The notes under the pieces: generated by a model | What the model saw: only the letters and a program-made list of their open reading frames with translations | Databases searched by the model: none | What the model was told of the DNA's origin: nothing | NCBI GenBank assembly: GCA_016177225.1 | Contig: JACOVQ010000002.1 | Coordinates: 1 to 59,652, forward strand | Source of the DNA: Candidatus Zambryskiibacteriota bacterium | GTDB taxonomy: Bacteria > Patescibacteriota > Minisyncoccia > Phycocordibacterales > Zambryskibacteraceae | Direction: 5' to 3' | DNA length: 59,652 nucleotides | In this document: positions 46,970 to 56,685 of the stretch, piece by piece | How the letters are laid out: each line of letters starts with the position of its first letter | Position numbering within the stretch: position 1 is the stretch's first letter | Translations under genes and position numbers: made by a program

Positions 46970-48048
46970 TTAATTTTCTTGGCAGTATTTTCCCAATTTT
47001 CTTTTAACTTTGAAAGATACTGTTCTTTGGATAAAAGTTTTGATTCAAGAGTTTTTTTTAGATTAAATCTTAGGTTTTCTCTCTTCTGATTACTCTCAAT
47101 CAGTTCGATAATGCCTAAAGCAAATAAGTCTGGTCGAGATGCCGGGTAAATATATGCGTCTTTGCCATTTTCCAACTCTTGGGCAATACCTACCGGCGTA
47201 GTCACTACCGGCAAACCGGATAGTCCAGCTTCCACCAAAGACAATCCATAACCTTCAAAAAGAGACGTCTGGATAAAAGCATTGGCAGTTTTGTAAAATG
47301 ATGCTAATTCATTTTGCCATCCGGCAAAATACACTGCAGTTTCTAGACCCATTTTCTTTACCAAATTTTTGAGTCTAGATTCTTCAGGGCCAGAACCGAC
47401 AATGACAAGACCTGTATCAGGATATTTTTCTCTGACTAAAGAGAGTATTTGAATCGCCAAATCCAAATTTTTCTCCTTAGATAAGCGCGAGACGGCAAGC
47501 AAGATAAAATGCCACGGGTAGAGAGCGTGAAGGTCAAATTTAATCGGCGCATTCTCGATTTTTTCCTTATCAACATAAATCGGCAGTGTTTTGACATCTC
47601 TGACACTGTCCGCTTTAGCAAGGACGGTCCTTGCTATAATTTTCCTGATGTAATTTAGAAAGCCGGAAAAATACGGAGAGTTTGGGTCCGTGTGAATCTG
47701 CACTTCAAGAGGCAAGCGCCATCTTTTTTTAATTTTTAAGCCGGTCCAGCCTGATTCAAACGGGTCCTGGGTTGTGATGACAGATTCTCCTCTGACAAAT
47801 TTTCTATCAAAGACGATTTTCTTCCCAATACGCGCCGCGTCGAAAACGTAAAACCACCTACTCCACGAGTTCGTGGGGTATATCCAAATATTTTGGCCAA
47901 GCTGTTTCGGTTTCAATTCCAATGATTTCAATGCGAAGACAACGACATGATACTCCTCAACCATTTCGGCATATTCTTTAATACGTTCTGAAACAGCACT
48001 GTCTTCTTCAAAAAGCCTTCTATCAGAGCTTATGCTTAAAACTTTCAT
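46966..48048 (-). CDS. Glycosyltransferase family 4
   Basis: SRLSKEKN, EGYGLSLVEA; start MKVLSIS. Confidence 0.88.
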   Translation of the reverse strand: MKVLSISSDRRLFEEDSAVSERIKEYAEMVEEYHVVVFALKSLELKPKQLGQNIWIYPTNSWSRWFYVFDAARIGKKIVFDRKFVRGESVITTQDPFESGWTGLKIKKRWRLPLEVQIHTDPNSPYFSGFLNYIRKIIARTVLAKADSVRDVKTLPIYVDKEKIENAPIKFDLHALYPWHFILLAVSRLSKEKNLDLAIQILSLVREKYPDTGLVIVGSGPEESRLKNLVKKMGLETAVYFAGWQNELASFYKTANAFIQTSLFEGYGLSLVEAGLSGLPVVTTPVGIAQELENGKDAYIYPASRPDLFALGIIELIESNQKRENLRFNLKKTLESKLLSKEQYLSKLKENWENTAKKIK

Positions 48049-48078
48049 GTTTATTGGCGCTATTATATACTTTTCTCT

Positions 48079-49233
48079 ATGAAAATCCTTATAGCTACGC
48101 CAATTTATCCGCCGGAAATCGGCGGCCCAGCCACTTATACCAAGGAGCTTTCTCGTCAATTACAAAATAAACACAAGCTTACGATAGTAGCTTATACGGA
48201 TGTACACGATCCATTTCCTGGTACGACTTTAGTAGCTATTTCGAAACAAGAACCTCTGCCTATACGTTTGCTGAAATTTTTTCTAGCCGTTTTTAAACTT
48301 TCGAGGGAGGCTGATCTTATTTATGTCCAGAATGCTATGGCCGCCGGATTACCAGTGGCCTTAGTAAATTTATTCACAGGCAAACCTTTTGTTCTCAAAT
48401 TTGTTGGCGACGAAGCTTGGGAGAGAGCAACGCAACATCATCTAACTGAAAAAAGGTTGGAAGAATTTTTAGAAGCTCCTGAAGGCAATTGGAAAACTAA
48501 AGCGATGATGATGGTCCAAGGTTGGGTATTGCGCCGCGCCAAAATTGTGACCACTCCTTCTCTCTATCTTTCTAAAGAAATTATCAAAGCTTATGGAGTC
48601 CATCCTGAAAGAGCTATCGTCAATTACAATGCTGCCGACGATACAGTAAAAAATCTCCCATTTGGCACCACGCGTATCCCCCACCAGATAGCCACCACGG
48701 CTCGTTTAGTCGTATGGAAAGGAATTGATGGCATCATTAGAGCACTGCCTCTCGTTCAAGAAAAATACAAGGATGCCCGATTGGTAGTGGCTGGTGATGG
48801 TCCTGAGATAGATAATTTAAATAAACTGATCAAAGAACTCCACCTTGAAGGAAGCGTTACACTTCTCGGTAAAATCTCTCGAGTAGAAACATGGCAATTG
48901 CGCAAAAATTCTGAAATCTATGTATTAAACTCGACTTATGAAGGACTGCCACATACAGTGCTTACAAGTTTTGCAGCAGAGATACCAACAGTAGCTACAA
49001 ATATTTCTGGTACTAATGAAGCCATATATGGCGAAAAGACTGGACTATTAGTAGAGCCGGGCGATACTCAAGCCTTGGCTCATGCCATCATGCGTCTTTT
49101 TGAAGACAAAGCTCTACGAGAAAGATTGGTAGTAAATGGTACAAAACTTCTCAAAGAGAAATTCTCATGGGAAGCGCATGTCAGAAATCTTGAAGGTCTC
49201 TTCAGACTAGCGATGAGAAAGCCAGGTAAGTAA
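48079..49233 (+). CDS. Glycosyltransferase family 4
   Basis: YPPEIGGPA, RLVVWKGID, YEGLPH. Confidence 0.88.
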   Translation: MKILIATPIYPPEIGGPATYTKELSRQLQNKHKLTIVAYTDVHDPFPGTTLVAISKQEPLPIRLLKFFLAVFKLSREADLIYVQNAMAAGLPVALVNLFTGKPFVLKFVGDEAWERATQHHLTEKRLEEFLEAPEGNWKTKAMMMVQGWVLRRAKIVTTPSLYLSKEIIKAYGVHPERAIVNYNAADDTVKNLPFGTTRIPHQIATTARLVVWKGIDGIIRALPLVQEKYKDARLVVAGDGPEIDNLNKLIKELHLEGSVTLLGKISRVETWQLRKNSEIYVLNSTYEGLPHTVLTSFAAEIPTVATNISGTNEAIYGEKTGLLVEPGDTQALAHAIMRLFEDKALRERLVVNGTKLLKEKFSWEAHVRNLEGLFRLAMRKPGK

Positions 49234-50157
49234 TCTACCAATACCCTTTTCTATTTTCATTTTAGGCTCCCAGCCAAGCAGTTTTTTAGCCTTAGAAATA
49301 TCCGCATAAGTTGATTCCATACTGACAGAATTACTTGGTCGACTTTTGACATTGGCTTTCTTGCCACTGACCTTCTCGAATATTGAAACCAATTCCTTCA
49401 GTGAAACAGGGCTAGAGTTGCCAATATTTATAATTTCGAAGCCAAGTGGTTTTTCTAATGCCAAAACAGTTGCGTCTACCACGTCTCCTACATAAGTATA
49501 ATCGCGCTTACGACTGCCATCTCCAGAAATTTCTATTTCTTCGTCACTAAGAATGGCTTTACCCCAAATGTACGGAACAAGGTCGGGACGATTGTTCTCC
49601 CCGTAAGCGTTGAAGTAGCGTAGGCAAGTGATGTTAAGGTTGTGATTACGATGATAAGTATAAGCAAGAAGTTCACAGGCTCGTTTGGTCGCTCCATAAG
49701 GAGAAACTGGTTTGTCTGTGAGATGGTCTTCGCTCCAGGGCATATTAGGGTCATCTCCGTAGACAGAACCAGATGAAGCTATTACCAAGTTTTTAACGTT
49801 GAAATCGCGTGATAGCTCTAAAATATTGATAGTGCCTTCTATGTTTATACTTACGTAAGGATAGGGGTCTTTGGCAGCATTTCTGACATTAGCACGAGCG
49901 GCCAGATGCGCTATATACTGCGGTTTCTCTTTTTCAAATATATCTTTGAGAGCTTCTTTCTCTCGAATATCGACTCTGTATAAAATAAAATTTTTATCAC
50001 TAAGAACAGATTTAATATTCTTTTCTTTAAAAGATGCTTCGTATAAACCATCATCAAAGTTATCAACCCCGACTACTTTATTCCCCTTCTTCAAAAGAGC
50101 TTCAACCAAATTTGAGCCAATGAAGCCGGCAGCACCTGTAACAAGGACGGTTTCCAT
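49207..50157 (-). CDS. NAD-dependent epimerase (UDP-glucuronate 4-epimerase-like)
   Basis: TGAAGFIG, HLAARANVR, YGATK, RPDL, RDYTY. Confidence 0.88.
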   Translation of the reverse strand: METVLVTGAAGFIGSNLVEALLKKGNKVVGVDNFDDGLYEASFKEKNIKSVLSDKNFILYRVDIREKEALKDIFEKEKPQYIAHLAARANVRNAAKDPYPYVSINIEGTINILELSRDFNVKNLVIASSGSVYGDDPNMPWSEDHLTDKPVSPYGATKRACELLAYTYHRNHNLNITCLRYFNAYGENNRPDLVPYIWGKAILSDEEIEISGDGSRKRDYTYVGDVVDATVLALEKPLGFEIINIGNSSPVSLKELVSIFEKVSGKKANVKSRPSNSVSMESTYADISKAKKLLGWEPKMKIEKGIGRLLTWLSHR

Positions 50158-50198
50158 AAATTGCGTAATGTTTAAGGCTACTATAAGCTTAAAAAGCT

Positions 50199-51227
50199 GT
50201 GGAATCAACCCTGAAGTTTTTGGGTTTTACCCTAGATGCCGAACAGCCTCATATGTCAGGTGAGCGCTTTTTAATGATGAAAGACAAGTCTGTTTTGGTT
50301 GCTACAGACGAAAAGGGGCGCAAAGTTATCGTCAAAATAGCAGATATACCAGGGGGACAGAAAGAAATCGAACACGAGAAACAGACTCGAGATCTTTTGA
50401 AATCAATGGTTTTCGCCAACGACAAAATTCTCTTCCCCACTGAAACATATTTTGGTAAAAAGAATGGTTACTTGATATGGGCTACAGAATTTGTACCTCA
50501 AGAGAAAGTTTACGTAGCACATACATTAGAAGAACAATTTTTCCTCATTTTGAAAGCTTTAGAAGAACAAGAAGCCTTTCATGCTACGACTTTCGAGCAC
50601 TTGAAATCAGTAGATGGATTCTTCCCAGTTTATACTACACAAACATATCTTAAAAAATTTGAGGAATTTAAAAAGAAAGTATCAACTCACAATGATAAAA
50701 ATATTATAGAAACATTAGAGAAAGCTGAACAATTTTTGGTAGCCAATAAAAAGACTCTCAATAAATATGTCAATTATCTGACTCATACGGATTTCGTACC
50801 TCACAACTTCCGAGTGAGAGACAAGAGCATATACATGCTTGACCTTTCGGCAGTCCACTTCGGCAACAAATATGAGGGCTGGGCACGCTTCTTAAACTAT
50901 ATGGTTATCCATAACCCAAAGCTTGAGAAGTTCCTAGCTGATTATGTCAGAGAAAATCGCGGAGAAGAAGAATATTTTTGCTTGAGATTAATGCGGGTCT
51001 ATAAACTAGGGTTTCTTTTAGACTTCTACGTTAGATCTCTGAATAAAACGGAAGGAAATCTTAAAGAATTAACTCTTGAACGTATAGATTTCTGGCATCA
51101 AATTCTCAAATATATTTTGAATGACGAAAAGATCCCTGAAAACTTTGTGGAAGAATACAAGAAAAAACGTGACGATCTTCGAAGCGAAGATGAGAAAAAA
51201 CGTCAGAGAGAATTCGCTATCGCCTAA
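50199..51227 (+). CDS. Aminoglycoside-phosphotransferase/kinase-like protein
   Basis: VIVK, HTDFVPHNF, YMLDL. Confidence 0.65.
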   Translation: MESTLKFLGFTLDAEQPHMSGERFLMMKDKSVLVATDEKGRKVIVKIADIPGGQKEIEHEKQTRDLLKSMVFANDKILFPTETYFGKKNGYLIWATEFVPQEKVYVAHTLEEQFFLILKALEEQEAFHATTFEHLKSVDGFFPVYTTQTYLKKFEEFKKKVSTHNDKNIIETLEKAEQFLVANKKTLNKYVNYLTHTDFVPHNFRVRDKSIYMLDLSAVHFGNKYEGWARFLNYMVIHNPKLEKFLADYVRENRGEEEYFCLRLMRVYKLGFLLDFYVRSLNKTEGNLKELTLERIDFWHQILKYILNDEKIPENFVEEYKKKRDDLRSEDEKKRQREFAIA

Positions 51228-51997
51228 ATCACTGCTTTCAAAGCATCCAGAACCTCTCTGTTATTTGCTGCCACTAGCATCTGCGGAGTCTTGGATACAG
51301 CATCAATAGGCCCGGATTTTCCTTCTATTATTCCACCGGCTTCTCGCAGAATTCCTATCGCTGCTATAGAATCTAGCGTGGTTAAGTTGGCATATATGCA
51401 AGCTTCGGACCTGCCTGAAGCCACAAAACATATGTCCAATGCTGAAGATGACATGCCTCTAACTGAGTGAGTGTTTTCTAAGAGAAATCTATATACTTTA
51501 GCTCCCCAATCCCAATATTCTTTAGTGCGGCCAGTAGTTAGAAAGACTACTGACTTATTTAATTCAGTCTTATCAGAAACATTGATTGGCTTACTATTGA
51601 GAAAAGCTCCTTTATCTTTCTCAAAACTAAACAACTCTTTAGTCACCGGATTATAGACAGCACCAACAACCGACTCGCCATTTTCTACATAGGCGATAAC
51701 TGTCGAGAAGAAGGGTAGGTCTCTGACAAAATTTTTTGTGCCATCGATTGGATCAAGTGCCCAGAAAGAACCACCCACAATATCAACATCTGCCTCTTCG
51801 GAATAAATAGTTTCTCCGGGAAAAGTCTCTTTTATATGGTCAGATATAAAATTACTGATTTCAATATCAACATTCGTTACTAGATCTCTCGGGTCATTAT
51901 TTTTAATAGAAACAACAAGATATTTTTCTTTAAGCATTAAAATCTTCTCTCCTGCTTCTCTCGCTAAATTTACAGTAAATTTGTATCTCTCTGACAT
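51224..51997 (-). CDS. Inositol monophosphatase family protein
   Basis: DLVTNVD, SEE, WALDPIDGTKNF; start MSERY. Confidence 0.9.
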   Translation of the reverse strand: MSERYKFTVNLAREAGEKILMLKEKYLVVSIKNNDPRDLVTNVDIEISNFISDHIKETFPGETIYSEEADVDIVGGSFWALDPIDGTKNFVRDLPFFSTVIAYVENGESVVGAVYNPVTKELFSFEKDKGAFLNSKPINVSDKTELNKSVVFLTTGRTKEYWDWGAKVYRFLLENTHSVRGMSSSALDICFVASGRSEACIYANLTTLDSIAAIGILREAGGIIEGKSGPIDAVSKTPQMLVAANNREVLDALKAVI

Positions 51998-52061
51998 ATG
52001 GCAACTATAACACAAAAAGAAAAGGCCCCGGCGCGTAAACACGCCGGGAACCTGAAACGAG

Positions 52062-52784
52062 CTACTCCACAATCTCGATGTGCCGGTTGAGCCATTCAAT
52101 GGTTTTGCCAGCTCTCTGAGCTTCTTTCTCTTGCCGTTCTCGTTTGGTTTCTTTCACTTCCTTGTGACGATTCCGGCCATCTTCCGAATGGCGAATACTA
52201 AGTTGGCCATCAACCCCAGATATAAGCGCCGCGCACTGACCGTACTTCCTTGTAATTCTGATGAGAGGAGTTATTTCTTCAACCCCCACCTCACTGTCAA
52301 ACCAGCCGACACGCTTGAGAGCATTGAGCTCCCAGAATGCCAGCGTGTTCTCGATTTGCATTTCGTGCACGTCGTCGAGTTCCTTAATCCGCACACCGAC
52401 CACTCTCATGCCAACACCGAACTGAGCCATAGCTCTTCTTACCACATCTTCATCCAGGTAGGATATTGCTTTGTTTGACGCAATAAGAACATGGGTAAAG
52501 TTGTGAAATGCTAGGTCTTTCAGCACCACGTTAATAGCAAAAGAGCTGTGATGTCCCTCGGCCGAAACTACATCTGCCTTGCTAAAATTCAGTAAGGCCT
52601 CATCAAGAGCATGCGATGTCCCGCCGAAATCGTAATCTGTTGGAACGAGAAAGCATGTCTTGGTTACAGATGGAATTTCTTGCATCCGTCGAGCAGTCTC
52701 AACTGCCCTTTTAACGACTTCGTCCAGTAATTTTGCCTCCTTCGCATAAGAGCGAAAAAGAGCACAAACCACATTGTTGCGCAC
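52062..52784 (-). CDS. Hypothetical protein
   Basis: 240-aa ORF with GAGAGGTG upstream and a hairpin (52028-52048) downstream. Confidence 0.65.
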   Translation of the reverse strand: MRNNVVCALFRSYAKEAKLLDEVVKRAVETARRMQEIPSVTKTCFLVPTDYDFGGTSHALDEALLNFSKADVVSAEGHHSSFAINVVLKDLAFHNFTHVLIASNKAISYLDEDVVRRAMAQFGVGMRVVGVRIKELDDVHEMQIENTLAFWELNALKRVGWFDSEVGVEEITPLIRITRKYGQCAALISGVDGQLSIRHSEDGRNRHKEVKETKRERQEKEAQRAGKTIEWLNRHIEIVE

Positions 52785-52867
52785 TTAACACCTCTCTTTC
52801 TTTCCCGAATCGAAAAAATTGAAAATCCTGTTATAGAATACCACACTTCGTATCAAAGAGTCAATAG

Positions 52868-53953
52868 CTATAAAATTGGCTCAAATACTCGCTTTTTCAT
52901 GTCTCGAGCAATCAAATCCCAGTCATATTTTTCTTCTACCATTTTTTTGGCACTTGCAATAATTTTATTTCTTAGCGATTCGTCTTTTATCAATCTCTCC
53001 ACTTGTTCGGCAATACTTTGTGGATTACTGACTTCACAAAAAAGTCCAGTTTCCTTGTCTTTCAAAAAATCCGGTATGCCGCCAACAGGCGTGGCAATAA
53101 CCGGTAATCCCGCCGCCATCGCTTCGATAAACGAAATCCCCTGCCCTTCCGAGAGCGAAGGCCGTATGAAAATATCCGCTTGATGTAAATATCTTGGTAT
53201 CTCTTCTTGACCCACATTTCCCAAAAATTTAACCATGTTCTCTAATTTTAAATTTTTTGTTTTTAATTTTAAACTTTCCTCCAGCGGCCCACTGCCAAGA
53301 ATTTGCAATTCTATATTTTCCGGCATAAACTTTACGGCTTCAATAATATCTCCTACCGCATTTTTCTCCACCAATCGCGACGTCGTAATGAGTGTGATTC
53401 TATCTTTTTGTAATTTGTCATTTGTAATTTGGAATTTCGCCATGTCTACTCCGTTAGGGATTACCAGCACATCGTCTCTTTTTGCCCATTTTGCCAAGAA
53501 GGTCGATATGGCTTGAATTTTAGCCGCATGTTTGATGCCATAATGAAGCAACGGGCGAAATGGCAATGTAAACCATCGATTGAAGACATGTTCGAACGGG
53601 TCGCCATCTTGAAGAGTCAGAACATAAGGCGCTCGCCCGGCAAGAACCGCCGGAAAAAGCATATAAGTCATGATGCACCAATAAAAATCATACTTCCTTC
53701 GCAAAGCAAACAGAGTGGCTCGCGGTACAAAAAGAATCTTATTTAAATATGATGCGTTATTCCCCACTCGGTACACGTTAATATTGCCTATCTTTTCAAA
53801 TTTAGGGTGTGATTTGCTAAACCGCATCGTAACCATGTCCCATTCAATGTCATTCGTGGAGATTCGTGTCGTAATTTCCTTAACAGCGACTTCAGCGCCG
53901 CCCACAACAGGAAAATATGACAAGGAAAATATTAGGATTTTTTTAAGAGCCAT
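52868..53953 (-). CDS. Glycosyltransferase family 4
   Basis: VGGAEVAV, IPNGVD, SEGQGISFIEAMAAG. Confidence 0.9.
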   Translation of the reverse strand: MALKKILIFSLSYFPVVGGAEVAVKEITTRISTNDIEWDMVTMRFSKSHPKFEKIGNINVYRVGNNASYLNKILFVPRATLFALRRKYDFYWCIMTYMLFPAVLAGRAPYVLTLQDGDPFEHVFNRWFTLPFRPLLHYGIKHAAKIQAISTFLAKWAKRDDVLVIPNGVDMAKFQITNDKLQKDRITLITTSRLVEKNAVGDIIEAVKFMPENIELQILGSGPLEESLKLKTKNLKLENMVKFLGNVGQEEIPRYLHQADIFIRPSLSEGQGISFIEAMAAGLPVIATPVGGIPDFLKDKETGLFCEVSNPQSIAEQVERLIKDESLRNKIIASAKKMVEEKYDWDLIARDMKKRVFEPIL

Positions 53954-55529
53954 TGAGAATTTTCTTCAGTTCTTCTGAACTTGGTCCGTTTTGTTTTGAT
54001 TCTGGTTTAGGTTGTATTGTCGGTTGTCGGTTGTCGGTTGTCGGTTGATTTCCTACTACCGCCTTGAGAGCACTGCGTAGGTCCGAGATATGTTTCGGGT
54101 CAGGTTTTCTCTGATTATCTGGTGGCTTAACTAAAGTTTTGAGGAAAATGACGGGTTTTGGAACTGGAGGTGGAACGAGCGGTTTATAAGGAGTCATAGG
54201 CTTGCCCAACGCAGGCGCAGATTTAGTATCAATCATTTTCCCTTCCGCATGCCAGTCGGCAATCCCTTTTTCGACATCCGGACGCGGGCGGGAGAACATC
54301 TTCCGGGAACTTTCGATAATCTCAGAAACGCGCGGGAGTTCGGTTTGTTCCAGCGGCGGCATGGTAACCGCAGAAAACGGCGCCGAGGCTACGGAATCTA
54401 TCATTAGTTTAAGGTAAATTTGCCGCAACCCCAGATTAACCAAATCTTCCGCCATAAAGGTCGGAGCAAATTCTTTCTCCAAGATTTCCGCGTCATAGGC
54501 GCCGACACGGAAAGTAATCATGGTGCCGACATTGCCAAACACCGCGTCCCGCACCTCTTCTTCCATTTGCTCGATGTACTGATGTGCCATCGTAAGATTG
54601 AGTTTATATTTACGAGCTTCCGAAAGAATATCGGCAAAAGAACGGTCAGCGAAAGACTGGAATTCATCTACATATAGATAAAACGATGGTAACTTGGCAA
54701 GCGTAGCGGCATTCTCATCAGCGCGGCTCATGGCGGCCAGATAAATTTTGGTAATAAGCATGGAGCCTAAAAGCCTGGCATTGCCTTCTCCCACACGACC
54801 TTTGGACAGGTTTACAATTAAAATTTTCTTCTCGTCCATTAATTTTCTCACGTCAAAGCTCGATTTCGGCTGGCCGATAATATTTCGAATCAAGGGATTT
54901 CCCGCAAACTGGCCGATTTTGTTTTGAATGGCGGGGGTAGCTTCCTGCGTATATTTGTCGGTATATTTGGCATACTCATCAACCCAAAAGCTTTTGACGG
55001 AAATATCGGTAACATTATCGACCACTTTGGTTCTGAAAGCTTTGTCCGTATACATGCGATTGACGGCAAGAAGCGTTGCTCCGGGATATTCCAGAAGCGC
55101 CAGAAGCGTGTTTTGTAAGATATAAGCCATGCGGGCGCTCCAGGCGTCTTCCCAAATCTTTTCAAATACGCTCATCAACCCATTGACTACCAAGTGGCGC
55201 TTCTCCACGCCGACATCTTCCATGATATTGAAAGAAACCGGGTGGTCCATATCAAAAGGGGCGAAGTATAAAACATCTTTGATGCGTTCGGACGGCACAT
55301 ATTCAAGAAGCTTCTCCGCTGTACCGCCATGCGGGTCGACAAAAGCCAGACCTTCACTATTCCTAATATCCTGAATGGCCATGTTCTCAAGCAGAGTGGA
55401 CTTGCCCATACCAGTCTTGCCGATAACATAGACATGCTTGGAACGGTCGGGGCTTTTGATGCCAAACTTGACGCGCTGGCCGCGCGCGTCCGTTTCCGCA
55501 AAATATGTAATCTTTTGAGGATCTTCCAT
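53943..55529 (-). CDS. VirD4/TraG/HerA-like P-loop ATPase (type IV coupling protein-like)
   Basis: GKTGMGKS, DPHG, LYVDEFQ, SEARKY, AHQY, VFGNVGT; start MEDPQK. Confidence 0.85.
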   Translation of the reverse strand: MEDPQKITYFAETDARGQRVKFGIKSPDRSKHVYVIGKTGMGKSTLLENMAIQDIRNSEGLAFVDPHGGTAEKLLEYVPSERIKDVLYFAPFDMDHPVSFNIMEDVGVEKRHLVVNGLMSVFEKIWEDAWSARMAYILQNTLLALLEYPGATLLAVNRMYTDKAFRTKVVDNVTDISVKSFWVDEYAKYTDKYTQEATPAIQNKIGQFAGNPLIRNIIGQPKSSFDVRKLMDEKKILIVNLSKGRVGEGNARLLGSMLITKIYLAAMSRADENAATLAKLPSFYLYVDEFQSFADRSFADILSEARKYKLNLTMAHQYIEQMEEEVRDAVFGNVGTMITFRVGAYDAEILEKEFAPTFMAEDLVNLGLRQIYLKLMIDSVASAPFSAVTMPPLEQTELPRVSEIIESSRKMFSRPRPDVEKGIADWHAEGKMIDTKSAPALGKPMTPYKPLVPPPVPKPVIFLKTLVKPPDNQRKPDPKHISDLRSALKAVVGNQPTTDNRQPTIQPKPESKQNGPSSEELKKILNGS

Positions 55530-55613
55530 TACACGAATTATAGCGAATTTTATCGAATGATACGAATGATAAACAAATAGCCGAAGCGCGCTTCCGCACG
55601 CTTCGGCCAAAAT

Positions 55614-56285
55614 TTAACGTTCAAGAGATATCTTGCGTCTTTTGAGTTCGGTACGAATCTTCTCTTCCTGGTCTTTAGAGACTCGCTCTGCAAGGGAGAG
55701 AGCTTTGATGAGAAACGACCTTGATGTCAAAAGGTCTTTGCCGATAGCGAGATAGGAGAATCCGATAGCGGCGAGCACTCGCACAAGCTGCTTCTCATCT
55801 TCGATTATCGTGACTAAACGTTCCGCCGCACGAAACTGAGCAAAAGCCTCACCTCTACGCTTTGCACTCAGTTCAATGTTGCCAAGAGTAATATGCATCA
55901 ACGCTTTGGTATGTGGCTTGATCGTGGTATCAGGAAACCTATTGAGAATAAAATCAATAGCATCCTTTGCTCGCTCAACATCACCGCCGAGCCATATTGG
56001 CGCCTTGGACCAAATAGTAGCGCAAACGTCAATTTGGTCCGCCGATAGCTGAGTAAAGCTTACATTTTTTAGGTTACTCACTGCCCGCCACATGTGCCAC
56101 ATGGCAATCGGTTTTTGTTACCATTGTTCCATGTAGCGCTTGACTAGCGAGTAATGAACGCTGGCCAACGCCACATATGGTGCCAAGATTTGTCCACGAG
56201 CAATTTCATCCAAAAATCGTTTACGCGCTTCGTGCATAACCTGCCACGCGCTTCCGCGCTGCCAAATCATTTCTGAAAGATTCAT
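55614..56285 (-). pseudogene. Hypothetical TPR-like gene interrupted by an in-frame TAA
   Basis: ATG 56285 (AAAGGAG upstream) is in frame with the 55614..56102 ORF; TAA at 56118-56120. Confidence 0.65.
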
Positions 56286-56345
56286 GCTGAACTCCTTTGC
56301 TGAACTTTATCTGTTCAAAACTATATCACATTATTTTTATATTTA

Positions 56346-56389
56346 CAAATACATAATAAGAAAGCGGTCGTTTTCTTATTATGTATTTG
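56346..56389. terminator. 18 bp perfect inverted repeat
   Basis: caaatacataataagaaa ... tttcttattatgtatttg. Confidence 0.55.
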
Positions 56390-56414
56390 GGTTAATTTGC
56401 GAATAACACTTCTA

Positions 56415-56684
56415 TTATAATTGCCCGTCTTCTTCTGGTTTTGATAATACTTCCTCTAACTGCTTTTCCGCCACAAGTTCTGCCTGGAGTTTTTTATGAG
56501 CTTGACGTTTTTGCGCTTTGGCTTTAAGCGAGAGTTTTCTATCAAAATTAGCCCAAACCGAGAGCAGGATTATGGAAAGACCGGCAAATACTTGAAAAAA
56601 TGATTCCCATGCGCGAGGAAAGCCGAGAACCGGCAATAGAGCAATTAGAACTCCGAGTGTGACTATAATTCTTGATTTTGGCAT
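56415..56684 (-). CDS. Small two-TM hypothetical protein
   Basis: LGVLIALLPVLGFPRAW; coupled to the upstream dehydrogenase gene. Confidence 0.75.
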   Translation of the reverse strand: MPKSRIIVTLGVLIALLPVLGFPRAWESFFQVFAGLSIILLSVWANFDRKLSLKAKAQKRQAHKKLQAELVAEKQLEEVLSKPEEDGQL

Positions 56685-56685
56685 T

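Noticed and set aside
53943..55529. Conjugative element
   Set aside because: No relaxase, VirB genes or integrase nearby; stand-alone ATPases of this kind are common in Parcubacteria.
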